Assembly (NCBI RefSeq): GCF_040938485.1
Contig: NW_027271431.1
Span: 2,418,001-2,482,000 of the forward strand
Reading direction: 5' to 3'
DNA from: Diadema antillarum
Lineage: Eukaryota
Length of the DNA stretch: 64,000 nucleotides
Notes under the pieces: model-generated
Seen by the model: the letters and a program-made list of their open reading frames with translations, nothing else
Told to the model about the DNA's origin: nothing
Databases searched by the model: none
Position numbers and translations under genes: made by a program
Shown: positions 63,001 to 64,000 of the stretch, in pieces
Layout: every line of letters starts with the position of its first letter
Position numbering within the stretch: position 1 is the stretch's first letter

Positions 63001-64000
63001 TGTACATACCGGTAATTATGCATTATCATAGAGCTTTCACCTGGTTGTCAGTGCACTTAACAATTAAGCTTCTTGTGCTGTGCCATTTATCAAATCATTC
63101 CATCCATTTCAATAATTTATCATTGCAGTACTGTTATTGCATTCATTTTTGTTGGACATTTTACTTTTTGTACTGGCCTTTGTATTACTGAGAGATCTTT
63201 AAAAAAAGAAAAAGAAAAAAAGTAAAACGAGATATTACTATTCATGTGTGATAGTTTTTTGCTGTAAATTGAAATGCACAGTGCCGACATTCAAAGTGTT
63301 GTTCTCAAAAGATTTTAAAGCCAAAACATAGTTCTCAGAAGGGCTCAAAATTGATTTTCCACCATTTAGAATTTGCTTCCAATATATCAAATGATCATTT
63401 TGTAACAAAATGACTAATTTTGTAATGAAATGGGCCATGGGACACTTGCCGCTCCACACAAATTGTTCATTTTTTAAACCATGGTTTCAATTGTACCACC
63501 TTCGTGAATTCGGGTCCAAGCGACAATCTATCATACCCTAGCAGTAATTTTCCAACAAGCTTCATGCGATTCTTCTACTGCGGAAGATCAGTGAGTACCA
63601 CTATTGCCTGGTTTGTCAATTATTGATACTCGATTGTAAAAAAACAAAACAAAACAAAACTATGCAGCATCCTCGATCAGGTACGTGCTAGACTGTCATA
63701 CTTCTGGCAAACTTTTTTGGGCTACTATTTGCATTTTCGTCACTACCCAAATGAAATTGTGTTATTCTAGTATATTTCACACATTTGTAATGCACATGTG
63801 TACTCTAGTATAGAGCAAAAATTGACAGTTTGGGCATATGAGAACTATGTTGTGGCTTTAACTCTATGTGTTAACATATAATGTATTCATTGCCATATGT
63901 TGGGTGCTTACATCATACCAATTAAATTTTGCAGTACTAGCCATTCTTTTTTTTTTCCATTTGTAAAAGGAGATTCGAGCAGTGTTAACTTTGTATTAGG

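Noticed and set aside
63440-63700. CpG patch with donor-like gtgagt and gtacgt (possible first exon of the next gene)
   Set aside because: No downstream exons inside the window to support it.

Overview
AT-rich, intron-containing animal DNA, not prokaryotic. A Deu-domain SINE, a lengsin-type glutamine-synthetase homologue and the MITE repertoire suggest an invertebrate deuterostome, probably an echinoderm (inference). I reconstructed five protein-coding genes by hand from splice signals and reading frame. (1) A lengsin/GSI-family gene with one coding exon (1979-3316, +). It keeps the metal/ATP/glutamate residues but lacks the ammonium-handling residues, so it is a candidate gamma-glutamyl-amine ligase. 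(2) A 3-exon, 1184-aa type I membrane protein with two tandem cholinesterase-fold domains, both missing the catalytic Ser and His (11813-17213, +), plus a decayed paralogous fragment upstream. (3) A 7-exon UCHL3/UCHL1-type deubiquitinase with a 12-nt microexon (23341-31173, +). (4, 5) Two head-to-head PGAP2 paralogues (41076-46208, -; 53389-57051, +) with matching exon sizes and a splice donor exactly 4 nt after each stop codon. Non-coding DNA is dense with Tc1/mariner-, piggyBac-, Kolobok-, Harbinger-, hAT- and Helentron-type non-autonomous elements. It also holds a duplication with a templated insertion (4316-4978), two piggyBac/Kolobok pairs that each share a TTAA, microsatellites and a 146-N gap. 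All family calls come from motif recognition; no database search was run.
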